Source: Octopus bimaculoides
Lineage: Eukaryota
Length of the DNA stretch: 64,000 nucleotides
Assembly (NCBI RefSeq): GCF_001194135.2
Contig: NC_068982.1
Coordinates: 128,774,906 to 128,838,905 of the forward strand
Direction: 5' to 3'
Shown piece by piece: positions 1-14,900 of the stretch. Below the pieces are notes generated by a model. That model did not search any database. It was not told where the DNA came from and saw only the letters and a list, made by a program, of their open reading frames with translations. Made by a program: the position numbers and the translations under genes. The stretch's first letter is position 1. Each line of letters opens with the position of its first letter.

Positions 1-219
1 GACGTGGGAAGTTAAACTTGAGGGATTTGGGCCTCTATTACATAGACCAGATAATTCAGGACGAAGTAAAATTGCAGTTTACTATATTGAACAACCATTC
101 AAAGTGATGTTAACATGGAAAATTGATATTAAAGCAATGCTACAAATGATAAATATTGATGTCTTTGATTCATTATGTTACAAAATAGACTTATAAATTC
201 AAAACATTTTGAAACTTAC

Positions 220-519
220 AGTATGGACTCTTGGGAGTAACTGCCTCACTTTCCAAAGGAGGACTTTTTCCAATTTTGTTAACAGCAGTAACTCTGAAGA
301 AATATTCTGTGTTCTCAGTCAGTCTTGGCACATGAAGCTTGGTAATATTTCCCTCAACTTCATCAACAATAGTCCATCGGCCATATTTGTCTTTCTTTTC
401 AACAATGTAACTGGTAATTGGTGAACCACCAGTGTCTTTTGGAGGCTTCCAATCAAGATCCACAGATGTCTTTTGAATATTAGTGACATTAAGTGGACCA
501 AGTGGACTGGATGGAGCAG
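220..519 (-). CDS. e58: FN3 domain
   Basis: tttacag|...|gtaagt, 300 bp, phase 1-1; [37 protein letters not shown]...[10 protein letters not shown]...PKSPY. Confidence 0.93.
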
Positions 520-3500
520 CTGTAAATAAATATAATGTAATTAATTATATGACATACCTATAAATTAAGTTTATTATTCACATCGTTACTTAAACCTTTG
601 CAGTAAATTTTTTTTTAATCCTTAGATTCAGATCATAATAGATTTTTTTTTATATATTCATATGTAAATAGACATTTGTTTAAACTAAACTATTTAACAA
701 ATTCATTCACCCCAGCCATATAAGGTTATTTACTTTAGTATTGAGGCGTACAAACTGATACTTTACAATTAAATTATAAATTGTCATCATTCAGAGGTGT
801 AGTGTTGTAATCTGTTTCTCAGTTTAACACCACTAGCTGGCTCTTGAGTACTGTTAACAGAGTAAATTCAATTGCAATCTTGGGGGCCAGAAAACTTATT
901 TGAGAATAACTTCTTCCTACATGTCAGATCAACTGAATGACCTTTTCTTTCAATTAACATGCAAAATGGCTGAACATTCTGTGCCCTTTATGTAATTCCC
1001 AAGTAGAATCAGTGTGACAAGACTTGACCACTAAATTAAAGGCACAATCCATTCGATGGGCTTTCACACAGTTTCTGTCTTCTTAATTTCACTTACAAGG
1101 CTTGGTTTGACCTGTTTTCATCCAAGTTTTCAGTCTCAAATTAATTGCATCAATACTATTCATTAAACAATAGCTTTCTGATTATTCTTATCCTAAAGAA
1201 TCTATAAAGTCCGTACAAGAATCTATTAAGTCATTAACTCTCAAAACATATTTTAAAATACTTACATGGTGGCCTAGAGGGAACAATTGCATCTCTTGTT
1301 TCACAAGGTTCACTGACCCCAACTGCATTTTGTGCAGAAACAGCAAAGTAATAGCCAATATCTTTAAGGTTGTTTACTCGGTAAGTGAGATTGAATGCTT
1401 TTGTTGTGCCAATCTTCTCAAAAACATCAGATTTTTCTTCGCATAATTCCAGAACATAGTTAGTCAAAGGACTGCCACCATCTTTCAATGGTGGTTCCCA
1501 TGATAATACAACATAATCAATACCAACATCTGTTCCTTTAAGGTTGACTGGTGGATCAGGTGGATCTGAAATGCATATTAATGTTTATAGAATCAATGAA
1601 AGATTGATGATCATATAAAGGTATATTAACTAACATATGTGTAATTAGTCATAATATAAATACATTTATCATAAGTGAGGTAACGAAATACATCTCAATC
1701 AAAAACATTATTTCTTAATGAACATGAGTACCTAAAGAAATATGTCAGACTTACAAAGTCCTTAAAATGTTCATAATATTGCCATTAAAATATTAGCATT
1801 AAATTGATGTATAATAATATCTATAAATAACTTTCTATCTTTTGTGCTCTTGCACATCTATACTATCAACAAAAAGTGTACTCACTCATCTTTTTCATAG
1901 GTTTGATTGTTGCTTCAGCTTCCAAAGGTGGACTTTGCCCTTGATCATTAACAGCTATAACCCGGAATAAGTATTCAGTTCCTTCAATGAGATCTAAAGC
2001 TGTAAATGTTGTAGTGTTACCATTTACACTTCCAGCTTTACTCCAAGTAGTCCTAGTAACTGGCTTATACTCAATCAAGTATTTGGTGATGGGACATCCG
2101 CCATCATCCTTAGGTGGTTTCCATTCTAAATCAGCAGAATTTTGTGTAACATTGGTAATAATCAGTGGTCCCAAAGGAGCTGAAGGTTTGCCTAGGAGAA
2201 AAGAAAGATTAAAATGTCATTATACAATATATAAAGTACAGAAAATATGAATAATGTTTAAAATGATATAAAAATACAAAGAATATAAAAAGTAATATCA
2301 AAAATATAAATTATTTAAATAAATAAGCTCTATAAAAATATAAATGTTATGAAAATTAATTTTCTATAATGATATTAATTTATGTAAAGTATTAAATATT
2401 CAGGAATATATAAAATAATACTTCATTAAAAGCCTCTTAATGAGTTACTCAAAAAGGTAATCATTATCTTCAATTAATAGAAATTTACAAATATCCATTA
2501 TTCTGAAAAAGAAAATTATAGTTATATGTAAGTTATGAGAATTAAAGTAAGGTATACATTAGGAACACAATTATAATAAACATATATTTTAAACAAGATC
2601 ACACACTTACTTGTAAGGATTCAGTCGTTTCCAAACTCTTTGAATGTAAAGCAAGTGAACATGCTACAAATATTACTTCTAACTAGCAAATGGAAAATGA
2701 AGTACAATGATATTTGACGTGAAATCCATGCAAAAAAAGTGCTACTTACCAATTTTATATATCATGCATGAGTGTCGTGAATGGTTAGTGTGAAAAATTC
2801 AACTAAAAGGTTCAACATTATTAAATAAATACTTTTTTCTTTCTTAAAAATATAAAATATACAATGTTAAAAGGTAGCTTGATGTTCATTCAATCAATTA
2901 TCAGAATACTATCCTGCACAAATATATTTTACACTGTCAACATAATAAACAGTACCTTCTTAAGTCAGCAATGCAATCTTACCAATTTTATAATGTATGT
3001 ATATGTGTGTGTGTGTTCATGTATGTCTATTTGTGAAATTATAAGTATAAAATTGAATACCAAAAATATATATCTCCTGGAAGCACCTTAAGCTCTTTAT
3101 AAAAAGACAATGTTAAAATATATCATATATTAAATATCAATAGTAAACCACTTAATTGGAACAGACAATTATATAACTTTTTAAATAATCCTTTAAGTAA
3201 TGATTTCATACCAAGGCACAAAGCTAATATTGTTGTAGGGATAAGTACAGTTGATATCATTAAATCCATTATTTCACTGGTATTTATTTTATTAATGCTG
3301 GAAGGATAACATTTAAAGTTAGATATGAACTCAACATTTAAATTTAGTTCAGTATTCTATACTTTTTAACGATTTTACTGTCTTATAATCATTTAAATTA
3401 ATGGTAGGGGGATTAAATTCAGAACAGTAAAGCAGTAACAAAATAATGTTATATAATTATCAAACTTGTTAGCAGCTTATATTTTTCTATAGCACAAAAA

Positions 3501-5841
3501 AAAATGTCTAATAAACAAAAATACAAGAAAATACATATAATATTCAATAACAGGAAATATAACTGCAAACATTCATCTAAACATTACAATAAAACAATTC
3601 TTTACAGTATTTTTCCATTTAAAATCATCAAACCCTTCAAATTTAAACTTGTCAATTTAATATCATATAATGAAAGTTGAGACAGAAAATAGGTGAAGGA
3701 GACAAGGAAATATTAATTACATTAGCAACTGCTAATGATTAAACTACAAAAGCTTAACTGTTCTTATAAATACTTTTAAAACAAAAGGAATGGTAGTGGT
3801 TTTGAAATTATATATACTAATGTTGAAATATTGTTTTAACTAATTAACAGCAAGTTTTTATATGAAGGGTATGAGAGTCAACAGCATGCAGACACTGAAA
3901 ATAAATATATAGGAAGGGATAATTTTATACAGCTAGATTATTATAACAAGGCAACAGTAAATTCAATTGTCATACTTGAATAATCACATCACTCATGCAT
4001 AAATATGTATTTTATAAATCTTAATTACCGAAAGGACTTTTTGCAGTAACTGTCTTGTCCATTTCATTGGGTTCTGATATACCAACTTCATTTTCAGCTG
4101 AAACACGGAAGTAATATTCATTGCCTTCATGCAATTTAGTGTCTGTAAAGCTGGTTTTCCCACCAGCAACACTACCAACTTTAGTCCACATATTTCTTCC
4201 AGCATCTCGTCGTTCAATGATATAGCTAGTAATATCAGCTCCACCATCATCCTTTGGTGGGTTCCAGTGAATAGTTGCTCTGTCATGGTCAACATCTGTT
4301 ACTGTGATAGGAGAAGTTGGTGGACTAGGGATATCTAAATAATTGAAAATAAAATTATTTTAATAGATATACACTAATTGAATTATTTTTCCAAACATTT
4401 CTGTCATAAAAAAAATTATATAAGCAACATTGTATCTTAGTACAGATGATAATAGGAGATGAGTGATTTGAGAGGGCCTGAGCGTAGATGACAAAAGGTT
4501 GATAAGCTCCAGTGGAGCTCATCTGAAAACAGAATGAGGGAAGAAACAACTTATAGAAAGTTAATATGCTTACCAATAACTTCAACATCAAATGTTGCTG
4601 AATCTTCACCTACATCATTGATAGCTTTCAATGTGAACATTCCATCATCTTCCCGAGTAACTTTCTTAATTAAAAGTGTTGTAACATTCTCAAGGGTTTC
4701 TAATGTACATCTACCTTGTGATTTCATAGGTTTGTTTTCTTTAGCCCAAGTTGGTACTGGTTTTGGAATGCCTGTCACTTTAACAGGGATTCGTAAGTTT
4801 GTACCAACATGAAGACGAATCAAGTCTCTGAATTTGTTATCATACTCTAGCTTAGGAGTTTCTAAAAATAGAAAGAATATTATTTTCTCAGGAGTAACTG
4901 AAAACAATATTGCATCAGAAATTGATAAAGAAGCAAATTAAAAATCAATAAAGTTACTAATAAAAGATTTAATGGTATATAGAGCTAATACACGAAATAT
5001 ATATGATTATTATATCACAATCAAGCAAAAATGAAAAATAACTTAATCTCCAAGGAAAAAAAAAAAAGGAAAAATTTTGCTACTATTACAAAAATTGCCA
5101 ATTTTTCATTATCATATTATTATTTATATTTCATTATATTTTTTATAGCTCATTTTCTTCTTCATCATCTTCTTATTATTATTTTTATATTTTACATTCA
5201 GTAACATTCATGTAGTAAGAACATTTATAGATTCATTGTCATCATTTTAAAAAATTTGTTTTCAATATGAAACTCACGTTGAATAGTGAGGTTGCATGAT
5301 GTTGAAGCCTCTCCAAGAGCATTCTTTGCTTGGCATGTATAGGTACCAGCATCTTTGTCTGACATGTCCCTGACTGTGAGATTAGCAAATGAATCTTTGT
5401 AGAAGAAATCAAATTTCTTAGATTCAGATATCTCCCTCTTCTCTTTGATCCTGAAATATTAAAAAATATGTGAATTAATTTTTATCCTAAAAATCATCTA
5501 ATAGTAATCATATCAAAATATTTCTTTATATGAATTTAACAAGCATTCTAATTATATAACATAAAAACTGTTGTTTATTTGTTCATGTGTTGATTTATTC
5601 TAACATTTGTCTTTTGATACAAGCATAGATTGGATAGGGTTCATTTGCAGTAGGATTTCATTGCTGAATGTTCTTCCTGTCATCAACTCTAACCTATTTT
5701 TCATAGTGATTTTTTTTTAATCCCACAGACCTTTGGAAGCACAGAGCAACTAGTTATAAAGGAAAATATCTAATCATTGCTTTTCTCGAGCAGTGACAAG
5801 TGAGACTGTCACTACCAGCAGTTTTATTATACATATTTATT

Positions 5842-5917
<76 letters not shown>

Positions 5918-8900
5918 AACAGACTTTGCCAACCAAATTCACTTACAAGTCATTTGTCAACATGAGGCTATAGTAGAAGACACATGCTCAGATTGCTAAG
6001 CAGAAAGGCAGAACCTTAAAGCAGACTTTCCAAACACACAGCTATACCAGCACCTACTATTATTAGGTATTAATTATAAGATTATATGTAAGACAGGATT
6101 ATACTGTGTTTTTTCCAGCCTTTTTGTGATGATTATTTTATTCAATAAAGTATTTTATAAATACAATTAATAGTGGTAATTTATGCATCTTGAAAACTGT
6201 AGATACAGCATACTTAATATGAAATAAATACATACCAAATGATGTTTGGTGTAGGTTCACCAGTAATTTTACATTCCAGTACAGTTGTTTCTCCAACAAA
6301 TACTGCAGTGTCTTTTAATGGTTCCACAACCAATGGAGGATCTCCAACTAAACAAGGAAAGACATATGCTTGTTAAATTTTCTATTGAACAGACTCATTG
6401 GTAAATAAATATCATCTGTTAACTTTTCAAAAACATTTTTAGCATTAATAATATCTTATTCATTTTTATATGAAGAATGAAATTAGATAAAGATAAAAAA
6501 AACCCAATCCCACTAACTAATAATTAGCACTCAGAAGTGATGAATTTAATTGAAAAAATAAAAAGAAAAGTAATGATTCAGTTTATGTTGCAGTAAAATT
6601 AATCAGAACCTACAGCATGAAGTCATTCATTAAAATAATGATAACCTTAATGTAAAGTAAGTTATCAAGTTTATAGGAATATATAAGTATAAATGTGTTC
6701 TTACTGATAGGATCTCTTGCAACAACACTCTTGGAAGGTTGTGATGGTGGACTTGGGCCGGCCTTATTTTCAGCAATAATACGATATTCATATTCCAACC
6801 CTTCTGTTAGGCCTTTAACAACAAAGCTTGTATCTGGTATATGTACATTTTGTGAAGCACACATCCATTTAGCAGACCCTGCTACCCTCATTTCAACAAT
6901 GTAGTTAGTTATAGGACTTCCGCCATTGCTGTCAGGAGGCAGCCATTTTAATGTCATTGAGTCACGAGTTACATCAATGATCTCAGGTTTGCCAGGAGCT
7001 GATGGTTTACCTGGAAATAAGATTACAGAAGATAATTTAGTATTTGAATATAATACATGCAATATAATGCATGTCATATTAAATTGAATACAAAATATCT
7101 AATGATTCATTTGCAATTAGCAAGCAAATTTTAATGAGCATTTATTATGCATATAGTTATTTAAATAATCATGTATTTATGCACTTATTAGTATCATACT
7201 TAAAGTAAATAAAGATTCATAAATCAGTACTAAATTATTTTCTCTAGAAAACATTATTTGATTGTTTAATAACTTATAGAATTATCTGAATTATTTTAAA
7301 CATCAGTTCATCTTTTTTAATATTGGCTAAAATGATATGGAGTGATCATTACATGTTGATTTCCACAAAGGAAACTTACCAAATGGAAATTTAACAGTAA
7401 TAGGTGGAGTTGGTTTAGATGGTTTTCCAACACCTGCAAGGTTTTCAGCAGATACTCTGAATTCATAAGTATCATTTTCTACCAAATCTGTAACTGTGTA
7501 GTTTAGTTCTGGCACAGCAGTTTTATTAGCTTTAATCCATCTGTTACTTGATGGCTGCTTACGTTCAATTATGTAACCTATAATAGGTGAACCACCATCA
7601 CTCTTTGGAGGTTCCCAGGCCAAGCTGACTGAGCAGTTTGTCACTTCAGTCATGCGGACATTGATAGGAGCATCAGGAACAGCTGTAAAATATTTTGAAA
7701 TGAATGATAATAATATTAATAATAATAATAATATGGAATATTCTCAAACTTAAAATATATCTTACAGGTTAAAAGATAAAAAGGTATACAACTGACAATA
7801 AGTATTTTCAGCTTCATATATATTGCTCAATTATTTTTTTTATATTTATAAATCTCTAATTCTATTCTGTAAATACTAGAATGCTATAAATTGCAGCAGA
7901 ACATGAAGATTTAAAATACCCAACATTTAAGAATTCAGAACTAGCATATAATCAAGTTAATCACTGCACAGACACAAGGTGTAGCACAATGAACAATTTA
8001 AGGAAGTATTTAAGTTGTATGGTTATCTCAATAAGCAGGAAGAAACTAGAAAGAAACACTAATAAATTATTGCTGATTATTAAAAGTATTTAACAACATA
8101 TTGATAAATTTAAAATGATTACTTACAGAATGGCAGTTTGGGTACCGTTGGTTCTTCAGTTTCAGCAAAATCGCTTTGTCCAATTTTATTTTCGGCAGCA
8201 ACTCTAAAGAAGTATTCTACTCCTTCAGTGAGTTTGTTAATTTCGAGTGACAATGTAGTTCCATCTACAGTGCTTACAGGTGTCCATGTAGAACGCTTAG
8301 CATCACGTTTCTCAATGATGTATTTAGTGATTTCACTTCCACCATCAGAACTTGGTGCTTCCCATGAAAATGTAACAGAAGTTTTCTGCACGTCACTAAC
8401 CTTGAGGTTTTGTGGTTTTGATGGTTTACCTAATGTGTGAAAAGAAGTTATAGAATATTATACAAAAAAAGAATTATAAATATAGAAGAACATTTCCCAC
8501 ACAATGTCTTTTATTAGGTAATTGACAGTACTTTCAAACAAACATTAAAAAATTAGAAAATTTTAAACTTTTCCCTTTATTTTTATTTGTATAAAGGCAT
8601 GCAAAAATAGAATTAGGTTGTGTGGTAAAAGATAGAAAATTTGTGTAAAAGATCTACAGCTTTAGAGAGGAAGAAAGCATTGACTTGAATAGTGATTGAA
8701 AATAGTTAAAAAAGTAATGATGTGTAGTTATGAATGGAAAATTTTAGAGAGTTATAAGTGAAATGAAATTTAGCAAGACTGACTTCTCTCTAATAAGTTT
8801 CCACTACCTAATTTAACTAATTCTAGGTCAGACTATAGGCCATCAAGAGTGTTAAACTAAGTGAGCTACTTTATATATTGTAAACTAAATGAACTACTTT

Positions 8901-11900
8901 ATATATTGTAAAGGACTACTTCACACTTCGAGACAAACCCACATAGTTAGTTGAAGCATTGTAATATAACTTTGACTAGTGTATTTGATGTTGAGGTCTT
9001 ATACTTGTTATTTTTTTATATAATTAAAAAATGTCACAAATAAGAAGGAGATTACTGAAGAAAAAAGTTATAAGAAAGAAGGATTCGGTAAAAGTTTAAT
9101 CCTGAATCTGAGAGGTGTGTTGAAGTGAGAATAAGGAGAAATCATCCAGTCAGTTGTTTTAGCACAGATTAAATAACTTGGAAGTGGCATGTAAAAAGCA
9201 CTATTCGAGCATGGTCAATGCCAGTACTGCTTGACTGGCCCCCATGCCAATGGCATGTAAAAAGCACCACTACACTCTCGGAGTGGTTGGTGTTAGGAAG
9301 GGCATCCAGCTGTAGAAACCTTGCCAGATCAGACTGGAGCCTGGTGCAGCCTTTTGGCTTGCCAGTCCTCAATCAAACTGTCCAACTCATGCCAGCATGG
9401 AAAGCAGAGAAGAAGCTTGTGGAATGGAAACTTAGCATTCAGCAATAATTTAAACAAATATGGATTGTATAAGTGGGATATAGATTTTTATCTGTAATAA
9501 TAATTGATGAAGGAAACAGAAGATAGATTTTTATCTGAATATATATCATTTATGTGCACTTGTTTATGTATGTTTGAATACAGTGGACACATTAAATAAA
9601 AATAAGGAATATTCTAATGCACAGTGAATTTGTGCTTCATAAAGTGTTAACAGGAGCTGTTAGATACTAAGTTCTCTTTGTTTCGACAAATGCCAGAATT
9701 GGTCATGTAGAGAATATGAGGTTGAAGAAATTGTGATTCTTGTTGCTGTATGTTATTACTGTTGTACTGAATGAACTTGTAAATAATAAGAGTATAAGGG
9801 AGTTAGTGACAAAGGTGAGATATTTATGCAAGAACAATTCAATTCATAATTTTTGTTACCTTTAACAAGAATTTCAAAATCTGCAGCAGCTTTTCCAACT
9901 GAATTTTCAGCCACAATGGTGTATACTCCACCATCTTTAGTGTCTGCATTTTTAATAGTTACTCGAGAGAATTTTTCTGTTGTTTCGATATTAAGAGAGT
10001 AAGATGTTTCAATCTCTTTTTCATTCAACAACCATTTGATAGTGGGAGTTGGAATACCGGAAACATTAACTAAGATAACTATTGAAGATCCAACCTTGAA
10101 GTTTTGAGTACTTTGCAGACGGTTGTCATATTCAAGCTGTGGATGAGCTGTAAAATAAAGAAATTTTGTATAATAAATAAGAAAATAAGAAATATGATGC
10201 AGTAAAATAATTAAAATGATAATAATAATTTTTTCTGATTTAGGCATAAAGCCAGCAAATTTTAAGTGGAGGGATTTAGTCAAAACCATTGATTGCAGTA
10301 CTTATACTTTATTTTATCAAATCTGAAAGGACGAAAAGTAAAGTTGACCTAGGCAGAAATTGAATCCAGAACATAAAGAGCTGGAAGAAATATTGCAAGG
10401 TATTTTCTAACAATACTCTAACTATTCTATTTTTGTTTTACTACTGGTGAGTTACAGCACATATTGTTTGCAGAAAACATAAAAATGCCACTACTTTGCT
10501 TAAACATTATAAATGTAAAGACATGCTGAAACAGCATTCATAAACACACATACACTAGGCTTCTGCATAATTTCTGGTTACCAATTCCACTCATAAGGGA
10601 TTGATCAGCTATAGACTATAGCAGGAGACACTTGCTCAAGGTATCAAGCAGGACTAAGCCCCAAACCATTTAGCTGTGGATTCAATACAGTCAATATAAA
10701 TAAATTGTATATATGTATACAAATGTATACATTTCAGTCTTTGCTTTCTTTCTGTTTACATGTATACATGTATCTTCACTGAAACATATTATTTGTTACA
10801 TGATGTCAAAATTTGATCATGAAAACTGACCTCGTCACTGACAAGATTACACTACAACTATATTTCACCCATCATCCTCACATCTATTTTGGATATTTGC
10901 ACTTCAACGAAGTATAATGTATTTTATAAAATCATGGATTTACTTACTGTGAATGGTTAGTTTTCCTTTAGTCTCACATTTTCCAAGAGCATTAGAAAAT
11001 TTGCATGAATAGACAGCAGTATCAGATGGTTCGGTTTTATGAATAGTAAGAGTAGCAATACCATCTTCATAATTCATCTCATATTTAGAATTCTTTTTGA
11101 TGGCAGTATCACCTTTAAACCTGTTTAAAGAAAAATTAGTTTTAAATATTTATTAACACAAATGTTTGAAAAATTTTTATTTTTTATTTAAAATTATACC
11201 AAATAATTCTTCTAATATCTAAACAGAATATTTACCATTTTATTTCAGCCTTAGGTTCTCCAAGATCAACAGTACATTCTAATGAAGCATCATTTGGTGA
11301 AACAAATGTGACATCAGTCAAAGGTTCCAGAATTTTGGGTGGTTTTCCAACTGTAAACAAAAATTTACAAGGATTGAATTCATTAATTTGTGTGAATGCC
11401 TTATCTCTCCACACACACACACACACACATATATGCATATATATATATATATATATNNNNNNNNNNNNNNNNNNNNNNNNNNNNNNNNNNNNNNNNNNNN
11501 NNNNNNNNNNNNNNNNNNNNNNNNNNNNNNNNNATATATGTGTGTGTGTGTGTGTATGTATACACACACACACACACACACACACTCTCGTGTCCAGCCC
11601 ATCAAGGTAAGCAGCACTCCTCAGTATGTGTTGACTCTGACCATGGTGATCTATCCAACCCATGCCAGTATGGAAAGTGGATGTAAAACAATAATGATAA
11701 CGATATAAATACACACAGCATATATACAAACATGCTATTGGTGCTGGGAGCTAGCAACATAAAAAAAATATATTTCTATGGCAGCATCAAATGGTAAATA
11801 TCCTCAACATCTGTTTTTATCATTTGGAAAGATAATTGCCCAAGTCTCGAAGTAAGAAATATGTTACATTTCTTGGTGTTAGAGTATCTTTGCTCAATGA

Positions 11901-14900
11901 AAGTATTTGATGCTACATACAATTTATCCTCTTTTCTCAAGCAATTTCTTTTAGAATTAGTTGATGGATTTCATAAAACAACCACATGTGTAAGTCATGC
12001 TACAACAATTTCTAAGGAATGAAATTTGATTCAATATGTTAGTCATATATAAATATGTGCTTAAATCCTATAATTAAAATTTATTTATGGGATATGCTTA
12101 TGCGAAAATCATATAATTTAAAACAATCAATAATTACCAATTGGTTTTTCAATTTTGGTCAGTTCTGTTGGTGGTGAAAATTCACTAACACCAGCACGAT
12201 TTTCAGCAGCAATTCTGAATTCATATTCTGAACCTTTTTTCAACTTCTGTACTCTATAGGTGAGTTCTGGAACCTTTTTATCGATATTAGCTTGGGTCCA
12301 TTTCACTGAGCCAGCAAGACGATATTCAATGACATAATTAAATATAGGACTACCACCATCATCAGTAGGTGGTGAGTATTTCAACAGAGCAGATGTATCA
12401 TCTGTTTCCACAACCAGAGGTGTATCAGGTCTAGAAGGTTTATCTGAAAGAAAGAATGTACAGATTTGAAATATATCTTACTATTAATAAAGATATCTTT
12501 TCTGGAATGGAGATGGCTAATTTTGATGTTGGTTAGGTCTATTGAATACATTCTCAATTATATTATTTGCTGTTTATTTTACCAGTCTTTGTGGGATAAT
12601 GGGTAGAATAGTTGGATTTGAAGTTGAATCTGTACATTGAAATTGAAAACCATGAACTATAATAAACTTAAAATTCTAACAATTCAATGTATATCAAACT
12701 TAATTTGTCATACATTTTTTAAACTAAATATCTTTCTAATTTTTACTTTCTTCTATTTAATTAACATCTCTATCTTAATAACATCAATTGTTCTACATAT
12801 TCAAACTGGATACTTTAATTTTGAAATTGCTATTGCCTGCATCCAAGGTCACATCTTCTCTCTTTTAATTACCTTATATTCCGATAATCATTAATTGATA
12901 TTTAAAACTTGCTATCTTAATTTTTCTATCACAAATATTGACTGGAAAATATTATATGTAATATAAATATTTTAAATTTAAGATCCTATGATATTAATAT
13001 CGATAATGAAATATTGTGTTCCTCTTTGCATCCCTTTCATGATATAATCTTTTCTACTCTAGGCACAAGGCCCAAAATTTTTGGGGAGGAGGCCAATTGA
13101 TTAGACTGACCCCAGAACACAAGTGGTACTTAATTTATCGACCCCGAAAAGATGAAAGGCAAAATCGGCCTCAGAACGTAAAGACAGACGAAATACTGCT
13201 GAGCATTTCACCTGGCATGTTAACGTTTCTACCAGCTCGCCTCGCCTTTCATGATATATTAGCCTTTCATGATAAATGAGCAACTTTATTGTAAAATACT
13301 AGAAAATCCATCTAGTTCCATTCAAAAAATATTTTTTAAAAAAGCAAATAATATGCTACAAATACTATTTCAATTCTAATTTTACTTGAGAAATATCAAA
13401 TTTGGACATTAATTTCCTAATGTTTACCATATTTCTGTTGCAATATGCTGCTTTTACTTCAATTAATTTTGTAAACAAAAAAGAGTTTACCAAAATAATT
13501 TTGTTCATTATTAGGCTGATTTTTAGAACAATTATTACCATAAAAATTTGAGGAATGATTTAAGTGAGATCATTTTAAAAGGGAGGGGTACCATTGAACC
13601 AGGAGTAGCCTTTGCCAGGCTGGTAAAAAAATGGTTTATATCATATTTGAGAAAAATATGCAATTTATTTCTTTTTTACTCACGCCAAGGATCTTGCATC
13701 TTAACAGGACTGGATGGTTTGCTGGGTTCACTTTCACCAGCCTTATTGACAGCAACTACCCTAAATTGATATGAAGAATCTTCTACCAGATCATTCAAAA
13801 GCATATCAAGATTTGAAGTTGGTTCTTTGTTAATACGAATCCACCTTGGGCTAAGATCTGACATTTTCTCCAAATGATATCCAATTATAGGTGATCCACC
13901 ATCCTCCTTTGGAGGGGTCCAGCTTACTTTTGCAGATGTTTTAAATACATCTGTAACAGTTGGTGCATCAGGTGCATCAGGACGATCTGAAGAATTTTAG
14001 AAAACATGTTATGACATCTATCATTGAAAAGTTTTTAAGTATACAAAATAACTTGATCATCTGGACTGTAATTTATTCAAAATATAATACATTTATCTGA
14101 CAGTTATAAGAACCAAAATATAACTTTAAAAACACTCATTATTATTATCATTATTATTATAATTATCATTATTATTACTATTATTATTTACATGATTATT
14201 ATTATTATTTATAATTATCATTATTATCAATATTATAATTTATATATTTTATATAACATGTACACTTTTATCTCCATTCCCCTTCTCTCCCTTTCTTCCC
14301 ATCATCTTTTATGTAGATCCCCACACAAATTGTAGTGTCCTTTTAATGTCCCCATCCAATGTCCCTGTGGCAAATGAAATAATAATCATCATCATTATCA
14401 TTATTATTATTATTGTATCATCATCATTTTTATTAAACAGTTACTATTATTATTATTATTATTATGATTATTATTATTATTATTAATATTATTGCTGTTG
14501 ATGTTATTTCCTTACTACATCTACTACTACTACTACTACCACTATTATTATCATTATTATTATTATTATTTTTATTATTATAACTGCTTGTAATTATTTA
14601 TTTTTTGTAGTAATATTGTTAGAGTTGCAGCTGGCTGAGTCAGTATGCTGTTGAAATATTACTCTAAAGATCAACAATTCTTATTTCATGACAGACACTG
14701 TACTGTGGTAGTCATAAGAGATTGACAAACATTTGATCCTCACTACAGTTGGTTCATATTTAATCAAAATGAGCATCACAGATAAGTATGGCTTAATGCT
14801 ATAAAGAATATGAGTAGTGTTATAATTAACGATGTATTTCATTATTTTGCAGTATTAAGTATTATTATTGATCACTTGAAAATAATCATGCAAAGCTTCT

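Noticed and set aside
8853-8908. 28-bp tandem duplication
   Set aside because: Simple two-copy slippage duplication with no other signal.
9169-9448. ORFs over SINE copies (also 31097-31511, 38919-39198, 13097-13283)
   Set aside because: Chance frames in GC-richer non-coding repeats.
11232-11729. ORFs spanning the 77-N gap and CA/TA repeats
   Set aside because: Artefacts of Ns and dinucleotide repeats; only 11236-11350 is a real exon.
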